NCBI GenBank assembly: GCA_964106645.2
Contig: OZ067047.1
From: Podarcis pityusensis
Lineage: Eukaryota
DNA length: 64,000 bases
Strand: one strand, 5' to 3'
Position numbers and translations under genes: made by a program. Of this stretch, positions 38,167-52,059 are shown piece by piece. A model generated the notes under the pieces. It was given only the letters and a program-made list of their open reading frames with translations, searched no databases and was not told where the DNA came from. Each line of letters opens with the position of its first letter. The stretch's first letter is position 1.

Positions 38167-41123
38167 AACTTAGCCTGTTGTTAGTGTACAGTTTAGGAAG
38201 GTCTGTGTCAATTCACATCTCTTCACATATATTCAATATGTATGCTAATTCCCTTTTGATATATTAGAATTACCTTTGATGTCATAGTTTACTCTTGGAG
38301 TGTGCTCAGCTCTCCGTGTCAAAAGATCCTATAAAAGTGTCAGGGTTCCATGTAGAACTCCAGCCTTAAATGCAAGCTGCACCATTCAGAAAGGCACTCT
38401 GTTCTTAACTGATGCACTGGAAGTTGCTCACACAATTTCATGCGCTTTCAGTTCCAGGGGTACATGACAACACAGCTGGATAATATGCCAAGGAATGTGA
38501 ATGAAATAAGGGAACACAATCTCTTCCTGAGAAGAAAAGCAGAGCTGCCAGAGCAGGTCATTTGAAAAAGTGACAGCATCTTTTTGGCTTTGAAAAATGG
38601 TAAACAACCAATGATGAGAAGACAGCTTCAAACGTGGCCTTGTCCCACCCAGCCTAAAAGGAGTTTTGATACGTCGGCCTGTGAGAGAGACTGGAACGCA
38701 GCCACTCTGGTTCATTGGTTGAAAAAAAACAACGGGATTTGGGGTTGGGGGTTTTTAGTCAGTATCCGTAGAAAACATAGAAGGAGCTTAAATGGAGTAG
38801 CCAGATTACTGAAGGTGGCTGTTGCTGTGCAAAACTTTGAAATACGCTCAGGCCATGATAAATGATGAATTAAGTCAGAAAATGACTGCGTTCCCAGTCT
38901 TCAGATTAATAGGGCGTCTCCCATCTGGAATGCTGTTGGGAGCGTTTCCTAAAGCTGGACAACTACATTTCCAGGACAGGAATTTAAATTAGAATACATT
39001 TATAAAGTCAGCATTTGGGATGTGCAGCTTCTTACAGGTGTTATCAGAGAACCCGGAATGAAAGAGGGACAGGAAATATGCTTTCTTAGTTTCCTTTTCT
39101 TGTCCTGTCCCAGAGATTCATTGTGGACACAGAGGATCCAATATATACGAAAGATCAAAGATACTATCAACCCAGTCCTGGGACAACACATGTGGAAGTT
39201 TTACATCCACAGTTTTAGCTACACTACAATCCAAACCTGCCTTACGTGGGCTGCAGCATCTCACCAGCTGCCACAGTGATGCTCGTATCACCTTGCTGGC
39301 ACAAGCCTTCCCCATCCACCTGTTGAACATGCAGGTGTGGAGCTTGCCAGCCATATTCCCACCAGTGGAGCCTAACAAAAGGCCCAGAAACAGGACATTC
39401 TGAACCGGCCTGGGATCAGCTAGATTCCAAGCTGCTCTCGCTGCTGGTGTCAGCCAGCAGAAGCCCTGATCCAGGCCCAACTGCTACAGAAGCCTAAAGA
39501 AGGCACAGGGATCAGGCCCAATCTTCTCTCTCCCCCCCTTCCGCTTCTGGGCTAGGGATGCACTTACAACTCCACACCTCTGCAAAGCCTCAAGATTGCT
39601 CTGCTACAAGGGGAGGGCATGCGTTGTTCCCCTCCCCAATCCAACAGTTAAGGCTGTACACATGGAGCTGTTCGTTTTTTAAAAACAAAGATCTACTATT
39701 TTGACCCCCAAAGAAGAATGGTCCTCTTCTTTCCTGTTGAAGAGCCGGGTAGGATTTAAGTGTGTTTTGTCCCAAAAAAGAGCTCTGGAACTTGCAGCCT
39801 CAGCTTCAGCACCTGCTCCATGTTGGAGGGGATATATACTATGTTTGCATGTCAACCTTGAAACTGTAGCTGCAAATAGAGGACACTGGGCACAATCTAG
39901 CCAAAAGGTTAGTTAATTCCCACTGGAATCAAAAGAACTTAATCACCGTCCTGGTTCCATACCTTTCCATGAGTCTAACTTGCAACTAAGCTTAGCTGCA
40001 TTGCACTGATTGTGAATAAAATGAGACGAGCTTAAATTCAACCGTTTTTAGGGCAGCCCTCTAGGGAAGGCAGAGAGCAAAACTAAAAGGTACAGATGGC
40101 TGTGATAAACGATGTGGTGCTCCTGAGATATTTCAGAAACTTGGTTTTGATGAGCACAGAAGATGAAGTGGAAGGAACAGTTTTGATAGATTTGCTTCAG
40201 TTTATGAAAGACAGATTTCTGGGGCTAAACACACAACTGATGCAAAGCCCATTTTTGTTCAGCTTTCTAAGTTGTAACAAAGGAAGCTAAGGTTTATGGA
40301 GAAAAGGGGGAAATAATCTGCAGACCATTTGCAGCGGTTGTTTTTGGATTTTTAATCACAGCAGCCTTTAAAATGAATTAAATTTAAGTTGGTAAGGAAG
40401 CTTAGGGTTCTCTGATGAAGAGCTATTTAGGGTTTGATATGCTAAGGAAAGAGACCAATGTATGAGTTGAGCACTCAGAATAATGAGAAAGAGGACTCCT
40501 TTCCCAATCATAAATAGGATTCCAGTTGATCTGTTTCTTCCTGCTTCCCTATTTCCACTGGTGAGACACATCAGATGCAGCAGTCATCGAATTAAGAGGA
40601 AATCAAGTGTAGCAAATCAGTTTAATATGACCAGAGTTTCTCAGCATGATCTTGCAAACCTTTGGCGAGAGCAGGGCTTTTGTTTTTTGTTTTAACAGCC
40701 ACAGCTGTTGAACTGATTTAGATGCTGGCCAGGGGGCGGGGACAACAATGCTGGTAACTGGGCACATTAGTGGTCAGAAACAGCACTGGGACTTACTGAA
40801 TCACACTGTGAGGTAATAAATATATGAGTTCCAGGCTCTAGGAATCTGAAAAGTTGTTGCTACTCTTGAGAACTGGGCTATAACAGTCTCGTGTTTCCAG
40901 TAAAGCTTGCTGCCCCCACCCCATGTGGCCCCTCACTTCTACCTGTGGGCAAGAGCAGGGTTATAAGAGAGTCTCAAGGAAGTGAGCCATGCTGGAAATT
41001 ACAGCTGGAATATGCTAATGAGAAGGACCCACCTCTCTCCCTCTGTGTTTTATTTCTGACTTGCATTGGGATCCAGATGTTCCTCCAAAGAGTTGCATTT
41101 TGCCTGCCCCTTTCTCTACTGTT

Positions 41124-41479
41124 GGGACACGGGTGGCGCTGTGGGTTAAACCACAGAGCCTAGGGCTTGCCGATCAGAAGGTCAGCGGTTCGAATCCCCA
41201 CGACGGAGTGAGCTCCCGTTGCTCTGTCCCAGCTCCTGCCAACCTAGCAGTTTGAAAGCACATCAAAGTGCAAGTAGATAAATAGGTACCACTCCGGCGG
41301 GAAGGTAAACGGCGTTTCCATGTGCTGCTCTGGTTCACCAGAAGCGGCTTAGTCCTGCCACATGACCCGGAAGCTGTACGCCGGCTCCCTCGGCCAATAA
41401 AGCGAGATGAGCGCCGCAACCCCAAAGTCGGTCATGACTGGACCTAATGGTCAGGGGTCCCTTTACCTTTACCTTTACC
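41124..41479 (+). mobile_element. Sauria SINE (Squam1/POM-like)
   Basis: tRNA-like head GGTGGCGCTGTGGGTTAAACC with B box GGTTCGAATCCC; (ACCTTT)n tail; TCTCTACTG repeated on both flanks. Confidence 0.9.
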
Positions 41480-42900
41480 TCTCTACTGCCTGTAAGATCA
41501 CTAAGAACATCTGCAGAAATTCTACTTATAGTGCTGTACCTTACAAACTGCTATAGAGCGGTGACCATAAAACAGGCATTTCCTGCTCTCACTCCTCTAT
41601 TATGGGATGCCCTTCCCTCTACAATAACTGGCATTCATCAGCTGCATCAGACATCTTATAAAGACTTTATCTTTTTGCCCAGGCCTTTCCTTACCCACAT
41701 GATTGGACCCTGTTTCTGTCCGTGCGAATTCATCGAATTCCTTTTTTATTTCATAGAATTGTAAAGTTGGAAGGGACCCCCAGAGTCATCTAGTCCAACC
41801 CCCTGCAATGCATGAATCTTTTGCCCAGCGTGGGGCCTGAGATTAAGAGTCTTCCCCAGGCTCCATCACCAGTTCAGATCCCATTAGCACATAAGTGAAG
41901 TTCAGGGTTTTGCCCCAACGTGCATTACTTTACACTTGCTTACACTGAATCACATCTAATGCCCATTCACCAAGTTTGGAGTGATGCTTTTAGAGCTCTT
42001 TGCAATCTTTTTTTTGTTCCTGTCCTGAAAAAAATGGTGTCAGCAGCAAATTTGGCTATCTTACTATTCACCGCTAATTGCTCACTCACAGGTTTGCATA
42101 TTTATCACCCAGAATATTTTTTTTTAAAGGCAGCAGGATCCATAAATCATAAATTAGAAACACAAAACACACTTTGGGCTTTCTTCTTAGCATTATTTTT
42201 GTGCCAAAGTTTTCCATTTCGCTTTCAGTCACTGCCAGGACACCCAACAACCACACTGATCTGCTTAAAAAACAAAAAAAAAAAACCCTGGAGATTCTGG
42301 GTTCACAAACTGAGAGGAAAGTTGCTGAACGTGCGTGTAGGGGGGAAAGCCAATCTGACGTGAGCGTCCTTCTGGATCACATTATTTGAAGCTTGGCAAA
42401 TATTCTACAGAGCAGTGAGCCATATGAACCTCACTAAGTCTGGGAAACTGATACAAGAACAGAATATAAACCACAGCCATGAAGTCAGCACAGAATGAAA
42501 CGCTTTATGAAAATTTGGAATGTTTTGCATCTCAGGAGGGAATATACAGTCCTGACAATCAATCCCCACCCCCACCCCCCAGATACGCCATTTCTGCCAT
42601 GAAAATGTTACAAGAAATTGTGTTTGGTCTTTAAAGCAGAATATTTACCAGGGAGTGGGAAGTTTTCTACCTCTTTCAAGAACCCATTTCCCCAGTCTGA
42701 TTTCTGATATTCAAAATCAAAGCTGATATAGGAGATGAAGTAAAAGAGCAGCTTTCTTGAGGAGAAAATGCCCCAGCATCAAATGTTATTGCTTCAGTGG
42801 CTGTTTTGAGTGGTTGTACAGAAGGGCCCAGGGGAAAGTGTTGTTCCTGGGAAACTCCTCTACTGCCTTCTTCTTTTTAAATGCCTATATACAATTGTTA

Positions 42901-43244
42901 GGGATGCAGGTGGCACTGTGGGTTAAACCACAGAGCTTAGGACTTGCCAATCAGAAGGTCGGCGGTTCGAATCCCCGCAATTGGGTGAGCTCGGTCCCAG
43001 CTCCTGCCAACCTAGCAGTTCAAAAGCACATCAAAGTGCAAGTAGATAAATAGGTACCACTCCAGCGGGAAGGTAAATGGTGTTTCTGTGCGCTGCTCTG
43101 GTTCGCCAGAAGTGGCTTAGTCATGCTGGCCACATGACCCGGAAGCTGTACGCTGGCTCCCTCGCCCAATAAAGCGAGATGAGTGCCGCAACCCAGTCAG
43201 CCACGACTGGACCTAATGGTCAGGGGTCCCTTTACCTTTAGCTT
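42901..43244 (+). mobile_element. Sauria SINE
   Basis: Same consensus; TATACAATTGT repeated on both flanks. Confidence 0.9.
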
Positions 43245-44611
43245 TATACAATTGTGTGCCCAAAGAAGATACGGCACAATTGTGCACCTCCAACGAGTGA
43301 AGAGATAATCTCTCTGCTAAGGGAGTGATGAGACATCATATGGATCTCAATAAATACAAGAAGCAGATACAAGAATGAACCACCACAAACAACAGCGTCT
43401 TCATACATGCCTTTAAAAAATGACTACACTGTGTGTGTGTGTGGGATTATTCCCACCCCCAAGCAAGTCCAGCTTCTACCTACCTTCAACAAATATTGGG
43501 TCTTCAAGATGGTAGTCAACGAAGTTTTAAGGGGTCTAACTTACTTTATTGTGATGTCATAACCCCCAGCCAATCAGTACATTCTACAGCCAACTTCTGG
43601 TGTAATCAGAGAGAACCTTCCCCACCCCATTTTAATGATCATTAAAATAAGGAAAATTATGGATTTTCAGCCTCCCAAGACTTTATTCATTCCAGTGGGG
43701 TTACCGTGCAGGTTTTATAAATTATTGATTCTGAATTTAGGGCAAATCTTGCCAGGAGCAGCATACACATTTTGTTGGTGGCCAGGATGCAAATCACAAA
43801 TTCAAGGTTCCTATTCATTAGGTGTCCTGGATAAAAATAGCAGGCATTGATGCTGAATGAAATACATGCCATCAAGGCTGGAAAAAGTATTACAAATTCA
43901 TTTTGATAGCCCAGCTGAATGGAAATTATTGCCTGCATGAGGTTGAACAATCTGGATAGAATTATGGTTGAGTGTCTTGTTACACACCAGATGTCTGGAA
44001 TGTATATTACACAAGGATCGTCTTTCATTTTTTGACTCTGAGTCGCAATGCTTTGTCTTCCCTATTGATTACGCTCTTTAGATGCCTATATGGTCGCTAC
44101 ATCCCAAGACAAAAATGTATTCATTTAAGAACATCTCCTTTTATGAGATGTTCTTAAACTTTTAATTTATGCTGTATCTTATTCCCCCGCTAAGACAATA
44201 TATATAAGTTCACGGCTGTTCCAAAAGAGTTCCAGACCACAGTGTTAAAGAGTTAACAGGCACAAGACAGCAGGAGTCAGTCATGCTGAAATCTAAGGAA
44301 CTTAAATATCTAACTCTCTTTCGCACCACTGATTTCAGTGGAGCTCGGGAACGTCTAAGGTGAGCGGAGGAAAGCTTCAGAAGAAGAGTTTTGAAGGAGC
44401 TTTTCAGGCTCCCCTGATCAACAATGTCTGCAAACACGCTTTTGGCTGAGTTGGGTTTTTACCTGCTCCATACCTGATGTCGTTTATGAAATAATAATAA
44501 TAATAATAATAATAATCGTTCAGCAGCTACACAATTAAAAGTTGCCCAGGGGCTGAAAAGCTGCCCACACGTGACATCTGCACAGGTAAAAACGAACACC
44601 CTTCAACTTAC

Positions 44612-44653
44612 CTACTGTGATGTTTCCTGTTTTTGTTTTAAGGGTTGTGTCTC
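44612..44653 (-). CDS. FAM185A: FAM185A short exon, GDTTLKTKTGNITV
   Basis: ttttgcag acceptor and gtaagt donor; 42 nt, phase 1 to 1. Confidence 0.85.
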   Translation of the reverse strand, partial: ETQPLKQKQETSQ

Positions 44654-45630
44654 CTGCAAAAAAATTAAAACAGTAGTTTGAAGCTTGGTGTACGACGGTT
44701 TTAATTCACACAGTGAATGAGCAAGATGTTGAGTGGTCCTGAGGCCAATTATCAGGCCCAGCCCATCCATGAGGCAAGGTGAGGCGACTGCCTCAGGTGA
44801 CAGGATCCACAGAGGCAGCAGATCCTGAAGCAGATCTTTATTGCCCCCTTGTTGCTGTTGCAAATCTTCACTCACTCCTTCTTCCCTGGTGGGGAAGGAG
44901 ACACCATTTTTCCCTCAGGTGCTAAAATGTCTTGGGCCGGCCCTGCTAACTATAAATCGCCTCTTATTTGCAATGTGCTGACACACCCAAAGCAGAAATT
45001 AATGCCATCTATAGTCTATCTTTTTAAACATTTTACAGAGGTGGCTTATATGAAAAAAAAAAAGCAAAGAATACTGTTCCCCAAAATATCCAGAGCTGAT
45101 AACTATTTCATTTTGGACCAACCCACTCACCCCTGCCCAATTGTTTTACATGGAGGGGGAATAGTGATTAGAATGACTTCAATACCACCCTTTTTATGGA
45201 TAGTCCCAAACAGTGTACACAACAGATTACTAGCAAGTTACAAGAAATACATCTCTCAGCAAATAATGGAAAATATTTTCTAGATTGTGAACATGCAGAG
45301 TTGGTGACATTTTTCCACTCCCCCACCTCAATCTGTGTCCCGTCATGTTATTCTGCAGAACTGCATTTTGCTTAACTTTCCATCTGAAGATGAATCGCAG
45401 TTCTGCAATTTGCCTGGCAGATCCTGGGTAGAAATTGTTCTGATACTCTTGGCTAGTGATAGAGAGAAATGGAGTCTGGTCATCCTTGCCCACAATATCT
45501 CCAAGGTGCCACTGTAGTATGGAGCTCTGCATGGTACAGAAAACTCGACTGCGACCAAGTCAAATAGCCTAAAATGAAACTATGACGCCTAGAATGAAGC
45601 AATGGGAGAGCAGGCCCAGATCTGCAGCCT

Positions 45631-46088
45631 TTGTTGTTGTTGTTTAGTCGTGTCCAGCTCTTTGTGACCCCATGGACCAGAGCACGCCAGGCACTTCTGT
45701 CTTCCACTGCCTCCCGCAGTTTGGTCAAACTCATGCTGGTAACTTCGAGAACACTATCCAACCATCTCGTCCTCTGTCGTCCCCTTCTCCTTGTGCCCTC
45801 CACCTTTCCCAACATCAGGGTCTTTTCCAGGGAGTCTTCTCTTCTCATGAGGTGGCCAAAGTATTGGAGCCTCAGCTTCAGGATCTGTCCTTTCAGTGAG
45901 CACTCAGGGCTGATTTCCTTAAGAAAGGATAGGTTTGATCTTCTTGCAGTCCATGGGACTCTCAAGAGTCTCCTCCAGCACCATAATTCAAAAGCATCAA
46001 TTCTTCAGTGATCAGCCTTCTTGATGGTCCAGCTCTCACTTCCATACATCACTACTGGGAAAACCATAGCTTTTACTATACGGACCTT
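45631..46088 (-). mobile_element. RTE-BovB LINE 3' fragment
   Basis: LKLRLQYFGHLMRREDSLEKTLMLGKVEGTRRRGRQRTRWLD; (CAA)n tail. Confidence 0.9.
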
Positions 46089-46933
46089 TGTTGGCAAGGT
46101 GATGTCTCTAGAATCAACCAAATAAGTCACAGCTGTGTCCCTGAGCCTTGCCCACATGACTCCTATTAATTCAGTGCAATGCTTATGTGTGCCAAGTAAA
46201 TGCTGGATGTTACCAGTGTCAGATATCTGGTGAGATGGCTATAAATCTTCAGTTTTAATCATCCTGGCAAGATTTCATGCTTCAAAATAGTAAGCAATTA
46301 AAACCAGCGGAACTGAAAGCTGCCTTCGCTTGGCATGTAACTAGCTCATCTGCAATTCTGTCCAGAATCTTGTCTTACCAGGAGCAGAGCAAATGGATTT
46401 GTATCACTGAGCTGGCCAAATCTGTATTCTGCTTTCATGGTACAAAGTGGTGTCTGACAGCTGCTCTGGGACATAAAGGGATTCTGGGAAACAGGAGATA
46501 GGGTTATGTGCGTTCAGTAGAGAGTCCATCTCCTCCTGACTTCTGGTTTGCAGAGATTTCTTGTAAATAAAAGGGAGGGAGCGTGGAAAAGCTCTTAGCA
46601 GAAATCTACCTATTATAGGCAGAAAATGAAGTGCTGTACTCTTGCAGGATTCCTGATTGCACCAATGACCCTACTATGTTGATCTGCCTTCCAATTCTAC
46701 TTCTACTTCCTTGATTTATGATCCCACCTGTGTTCTTCCTTATTGCGAAACTTTCTCGCTATGTTATTACACTGTGATCTATCCCAGCCTCCAACTAGGT
46801 TTTATAATTTAAGCACAACTCGCCCCCCTTCCAGAGACTTCCAAGATGTGATGCATTTAATATTTCAAGGCTTCTTGTAGCCCTGTACTTTGAGGGTCTA
46901 GCAGTGGTTCTGAGCCCTCCTAAAGTATTTTAA

Positions 46934-47274
46934 GGGGACGTGGGTGGCGCTGTGGGTTAAACCACAGAGCCTAAGACTTGCAGATCAGAAGGTCGGCGGT
47001 TCGAATCCCCACGACGGGGTGAGCTCCTGTTGCTAGGTCCCAGCTCCTGCCAACCTAGCAGTTCAAAAGCACGTCAAAGTGCAAGTAGATAAATAGGTAC
47101 CGCTCCGGCGGGAAGGTAAACGGCGTTTCCGTGCGCTGCTCTGGTTCGCCAGAAGCGGCTTAGTCATGCTGGCCACATGACCCAGAAGCTGTCTGCGGAC
47201 CATAGAGTGAGATGAGCACCGCAACCCCAGAGTCGGTCACGACTGGACCTAACTGTCAGGAGTACTTTTACCTT
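46934..47274 (+). mobile_element. Sauria SINE
   Basis: Same consensus; 13-bp TSD TAAAGTATTTTAA. Confidence 0.9.
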
Positions 47275-48459
47275 TAAAGTATTTTAAAAGGTCTTGCCAT
47301 GTGTTTCTTACTCCGTTCTACGGCTTAACACTCCCCACTTGGAAGCTGCTGGGGGGGGGGGAGGGATGTTTTTGTGTGACATTGTGCAACCTTGGGGTCA
47401 CAAGAATTCAAATGTGCCTCCCATGCGTGGTGCCCTGCCCAGGGAGGTGCAAACAACCTTAGGTATGGAAAAGAATGAGAATCCTGAATCAGCCAGGCAG
47501 AGTAGCTGGTGGGATTGGAGTGCCAGGATACTAACCACCCCTAAGTTTGCAACCTCCTCCAATAAGGTCTGGTGCCCAACTAACTCCTCCGGAGTAGCAA
47601 ACTTGGTGCCTTCCAAATGTTGTTGGACTCCAACTCCCATCAGCCTCAACCAGCATGGCCAATGATAACGGATGATGGGAGGTGTAGTATGGCAACATAT
47701 GGAAGATATCCCATCGACTATGCCTGGCTATCTATGCCATGTGGAAAGCTTTAGAGGCCTAGAGATTCATACTCCTTCACTCCTCTGGTAAGTCTAACCA
47801 TCTGCATTCAAGTTGTGGCCAGACTGGAGCACAGTTTATGAGGTCCTTGGGGATAACGACAGTCACTCTTTGGGGAGAGGGAATTATATCTTGCAGGGTG
47901 GGGACTATCTCAGGAAGTCAGGTGATTAGATCGTGTACAGGTGTCAAGGCATTTACCCAACAGCTCTGAAGTCCTTGCCACAAGGTCCACTCCCTGGGAC
48001 TTTTAGAAACCTCCATCCCAGTCCATGCTCTAGTCACTACTTGATGCTAGGGTCATGACACGTATGTTCCTGATCACATGGATCACACAGATGCATATAT
48101 TGACACTTGTATGGAGATGCTCTGTATTCAGGGCCTTTCATCTACTAAGAAGACCTGACAATCTCTTCAGGGACAGTTATTTCACAGAAGTGTTTTGAGT
48201 AGGATATAACATTTCAGTTTCTTCTGAACATTAGTTCAGTTTCTGATCCCATCCTGTATGTAGGTCTCAGATTCAGACTGCGATCCAAAAGCATACTGTG
48301 CCCCTGTCAGGAGCTCAAATAAGAGGACCTTCGGATTCATTTAAGCTGCCACAGAACTACAAGTTACAGCATCTGCCTAGGAAGCAAGTATCCTCAAGTC
48401 TGGCCCTGCCCATCCTGGCTGGCCAATGGACTCTCCCAGACAGGAAGGACTTCCTGTTT

Positions 48460-48880
48460 CATAGAATCACAGAATAGTAGAGTTAGAAGGGACCTCAGGG
48501 GTCATCTAGTCCAGTGTTTCCCAACCTTGGGCCTCCAGCTGTTTTCGAACTACAATTCCCATCATCCCTGACCACTTGTCTTGCTAGCTGAGGATTATGG
48601 GAGTTGTAGTCCAAAACAGCTGGAGGCCCAAGGTTGGGAAATGCTGATCTAGTCCAACCCTTGGATTGCAGGAATCTAAACCAGATCATACATGACAGAT
48701 GGCCATTCAACTTCTGCTTAAGAACCTCTGAGGAAGGAGAGTCCACCCAACTCCTGTGGGAGTCTGTTCCACTGTCAAACAGCTCTTACTGTCAGAAAAG
48801 TTCTTCCTGATGTTCAGTTGGGATCTCCTTTCTTGACTTGAATCCACTGATTCAGGTCCTAGCCTCCAGGGCAGCGAAGC
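48460..48880 (-). mobile_element. CR1 LINE 3' end interrupted by a hAT MITE
   Basis: CATAGAATCACAGAAT...GAAGGGACC terminus; sequence resumes after the insert. Confidence 0.8.
48512..48646. mobile_element. Palindromic hAT MITE (135 bp)
   Basis: Near-perfect foldback; perfect 8-bp TSD ATCTAGTC. Confidence 0.85.
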
Positions 48881-49706
48881 ATTACTGTGTGACCTTTCGA
48901 TTCGGACTCTTGATTCTTACTCCTTGGGCCTGCCTACTCATTTGTCCCTCTTTCCTCTTTGGGCCTGACTTCTGGCTTCACCCTACAGCTCTGACTCCTG
49001 GCTACTCCTTGATTTTGGTTTCTGATAATTGCTCTTCTCTGATTCCTGCCTTGCTCTTCAGCTCCAATTCCCCAGCACATCTCCCAGCTCATCTCAGGCT
49101 GATGCCTACAGCTCATTCCCAAAGCCAGACCATTTGCTGACAGTCTTTTAGAATGGCATGTATTCTGTTCTCCACTTTCAAAAACCACATTGTTTTGTAA
49201 AAATATTCAGATCTTCTCAAATAAGATTTACCACCTCATTTGGTTTATGGACTTTCTAAAGATACCCATAAAGAATGAGAAACATTTTAAGATCAACAAA
49301 GGTCTCGCAAATCACATTATCTGAAGCAAGTTCAATATGCTGCTTTAGAAGAATTGTGTGGTCATATAATTGTTCCACCAATACCAGTGCTTAATGAAGC
49401 CTATAATTTTTATGCTAACCAACCCTCAAATCGAGATATTCTGGGGAGAGGGAAAAGTCAAATTCTAGCCAAATTGTTTATTCTGAACTAGTGCTGACAT
49501 CCAGGAATTACAGAGGTTGGGCAATGTATCATTGATAAAAGCAATTCAAGCTTTCTTCATTTTTGCTCTTTATGAAAACCGGAAGCATTTTTATAAAGCC
49601 CACATTTTGTTTATCTGTACATAGTAAGATACAAGTCTAAGTTTCAGGATCAGGCTGGGACAATATTGGTTCCAGAACCTGATGACTATGTCTCTGCTGT
49701 GCTATA

Positions 49707-49943
49707 CAGTCGTACCTTGGATCCCAAACACCTTGCAAGTCAAACGTTTTGGCTCCCAAACGCCACAAACTCGGAAGTGAGTGTTCTGGTTTGCAAACAT
49801 TCTTTGGAACCCGAATGTCTGATGTGGATTCCATGGCTTCTGATTGGCTGCAGGAGCTTCCTGCAGCCAATTAGAAGCCACACCTTGGTTTCCGAACATT
49901 TTGGAAGTCAAACGGATTTCGTTCGACTTCCAAGGTACGACTG
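49707..49943. mobile_element. Tc1/mariner MITE, family C
   Basis: TIR CAGTCGTACCTTGGA; TA TSD. Confidence 0.85.
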
Positions 49944-52059
49944 TATTCTTTGAGTTTCTGACTTAGGATCATCATCAGATGCAAGATTAAATACAGAGGA
50001 AGGCTCCAAGATACAAGCTCAATAATCCATATTGCTTTTAGCCATGATGTGGGAAGCCACAGATATCTACTAATGAGCAAAAACAGAGACATCTGAAAAT
50101 ACTTAGGTTTCCTTCCATTTATGTTGCAAGCACTGCACAGAGAGATGACTCTGAGCTTGTTGGTGTTGTTCCTCCCCACCCCCAGTTCTATGTAGATGGG
50201 TCTGTGGCTACCAGATACCTGTCCTACTCCACCCCCAAAATATATGCCTAAACTGGTTGATACTTCCAGAAAGATTTAGGGTGGCCCATTAGAGGCCCCA
50301 TGACACCATCTGGAAGGAATCACCACTCATTGCAAAACTCATTCATTTTCTATTTGCTTTTTCTACAGCGTTTTAATTTCCCATAAAATATGAATACAGT
50401 AAAATAAACACATTCACAGTGCATTCCTTGACACATTAACTCTGAAGTAAGTCCTACTCCATTTAGTGGAGTGTATTCTCAGTGAGGTGTATATGACTGC
50501 AACTTCAATATGACTTACTTCTGAGTAGGCATGTATAGGATTGTACTGTCAGAAGTATGTTTCATTTCTGATGACTCTAAAACTTTTTATAGAAAGAACA
50601 CTTGTTTAAAATAACAGAACGTCCCAATAACATTTCACTAACAGCATTCTGAAAATAATCATGGAGCAATGTTAAGGTTATCTTGTTTAAACTGGATACA
50701 ACTCTATTTGCCTTTTTACTGCACCCTGGAAGAAAAATACAACACATTTTTATAGGAAGTGTTGTAAAAGTAACCTAAAACACAACACAAGTACGAAAAC
50801 AAGTTTAAAACATCCATAATAGGCCTTTGTGAACAAATTAAGAACCTATTAGTTAGGAGCTTCGAATTGGACACTGGCAAATTTACATCAGTGTACTACA
50901 TGGCAGCTAAATATAGTTCATACTTCCACAATTTTTAAAATCAAGTTGTATTTATTTATTCATTCAAGACTGTGTGTGCCCAGTCAGCCTGGCTCTATTC
51001 TGAAGGCTGGGATGACAGCCAGGAGTTTAAGTTAGCAGCCAGTTCACTATGAAAAAATAAAGAGAGGCATACATCTAGGGACTGGGGTGGGTGGGGCAGA
51101 AAGGACTAATGGCATTTGAAGCAAGATGGACACTTGTTGGGAGCTGACAGCTTGGTGCCATAGTGCTGAACTTCTGTGGCCTTATAAAGATGGGTAGTTT
51201 TCAGATTCAGTATAAGCTTCTGAATCACCAAGGCTGAATACCTCAAGCCCATGGAAAGTCTGCACACCAGGAGTGGTAAATTATGACTAGAGGAACTGCA
51301 CACCCACACTCTGACCACCAACCTAAGCAACATGAAGGATTAGTCATCTGCCCAAGAACAGATGAGAACCACTGGACCAACACATAGGATGCTCTTGACC
51401 AAGAATGGAATTGGCAGTGCCTTGGTTGGAGTGCACCATGCCAGCCCAAACACCCAGAGAAATGTTTCCAACAAATCAGCACAAACACAAGTCATCGTGA
51501 CACTAATTTGTATCAAGAGACACTAACCCCGCTGATTTCTGCAAAGATTTAGATCCAGTTCATAAGGGAGAGCTCCAAGTTCCTTCCCAAACTGGGAATA
51601 TACATGGCCCCAGGAAGGGCAACACTGGCACAAGAAAGAAGCATGACATTTTCCTAGCCCAAATATTTCCACTGCCTGTCGTTGCTAGAATGGCCACAGT
51701 GAAGCAGCATTCACATATAATTACAGTAATGAAGGAACAGATCCTGTTTATGAAGAAAATATTGTTATGCCAGTGGAATTCCTCTAGCTAAGAGTATTGC
51801 GTTTTCCACCTATTGTTGGTGTAGTTATAGGGTACTTCCCTTAAGATACCACTTTATCTATATAATATTTTAATGCAATCATTTAACCAAAAAGCTATAG
51901 CTTGCTAATAGTGGCTGTCAGTGTAATAGTTTATAGTTTTGAGTATGGTTTATTAATCTGCCATGCCTGGAATTAGGTATGGCTGCAATCCTATATACAC
52001 TTAGCTGGGAGTTCCACTGGCTGTTTACCACAGATCAGAAATGGTATCACCCTGGCCAA

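Noticed and set aside
39900-40900. Repeat-poor intronic stretch that might be a conserved enhancer
   Set aside because: Cannot be supported without cross-species alignment or chromatin data.
41124-41200. tRNA-like A/B box sequence
   Set aside because: Head of a Sauria SINE, not a tRNA gene; the same applies to the other three copies.
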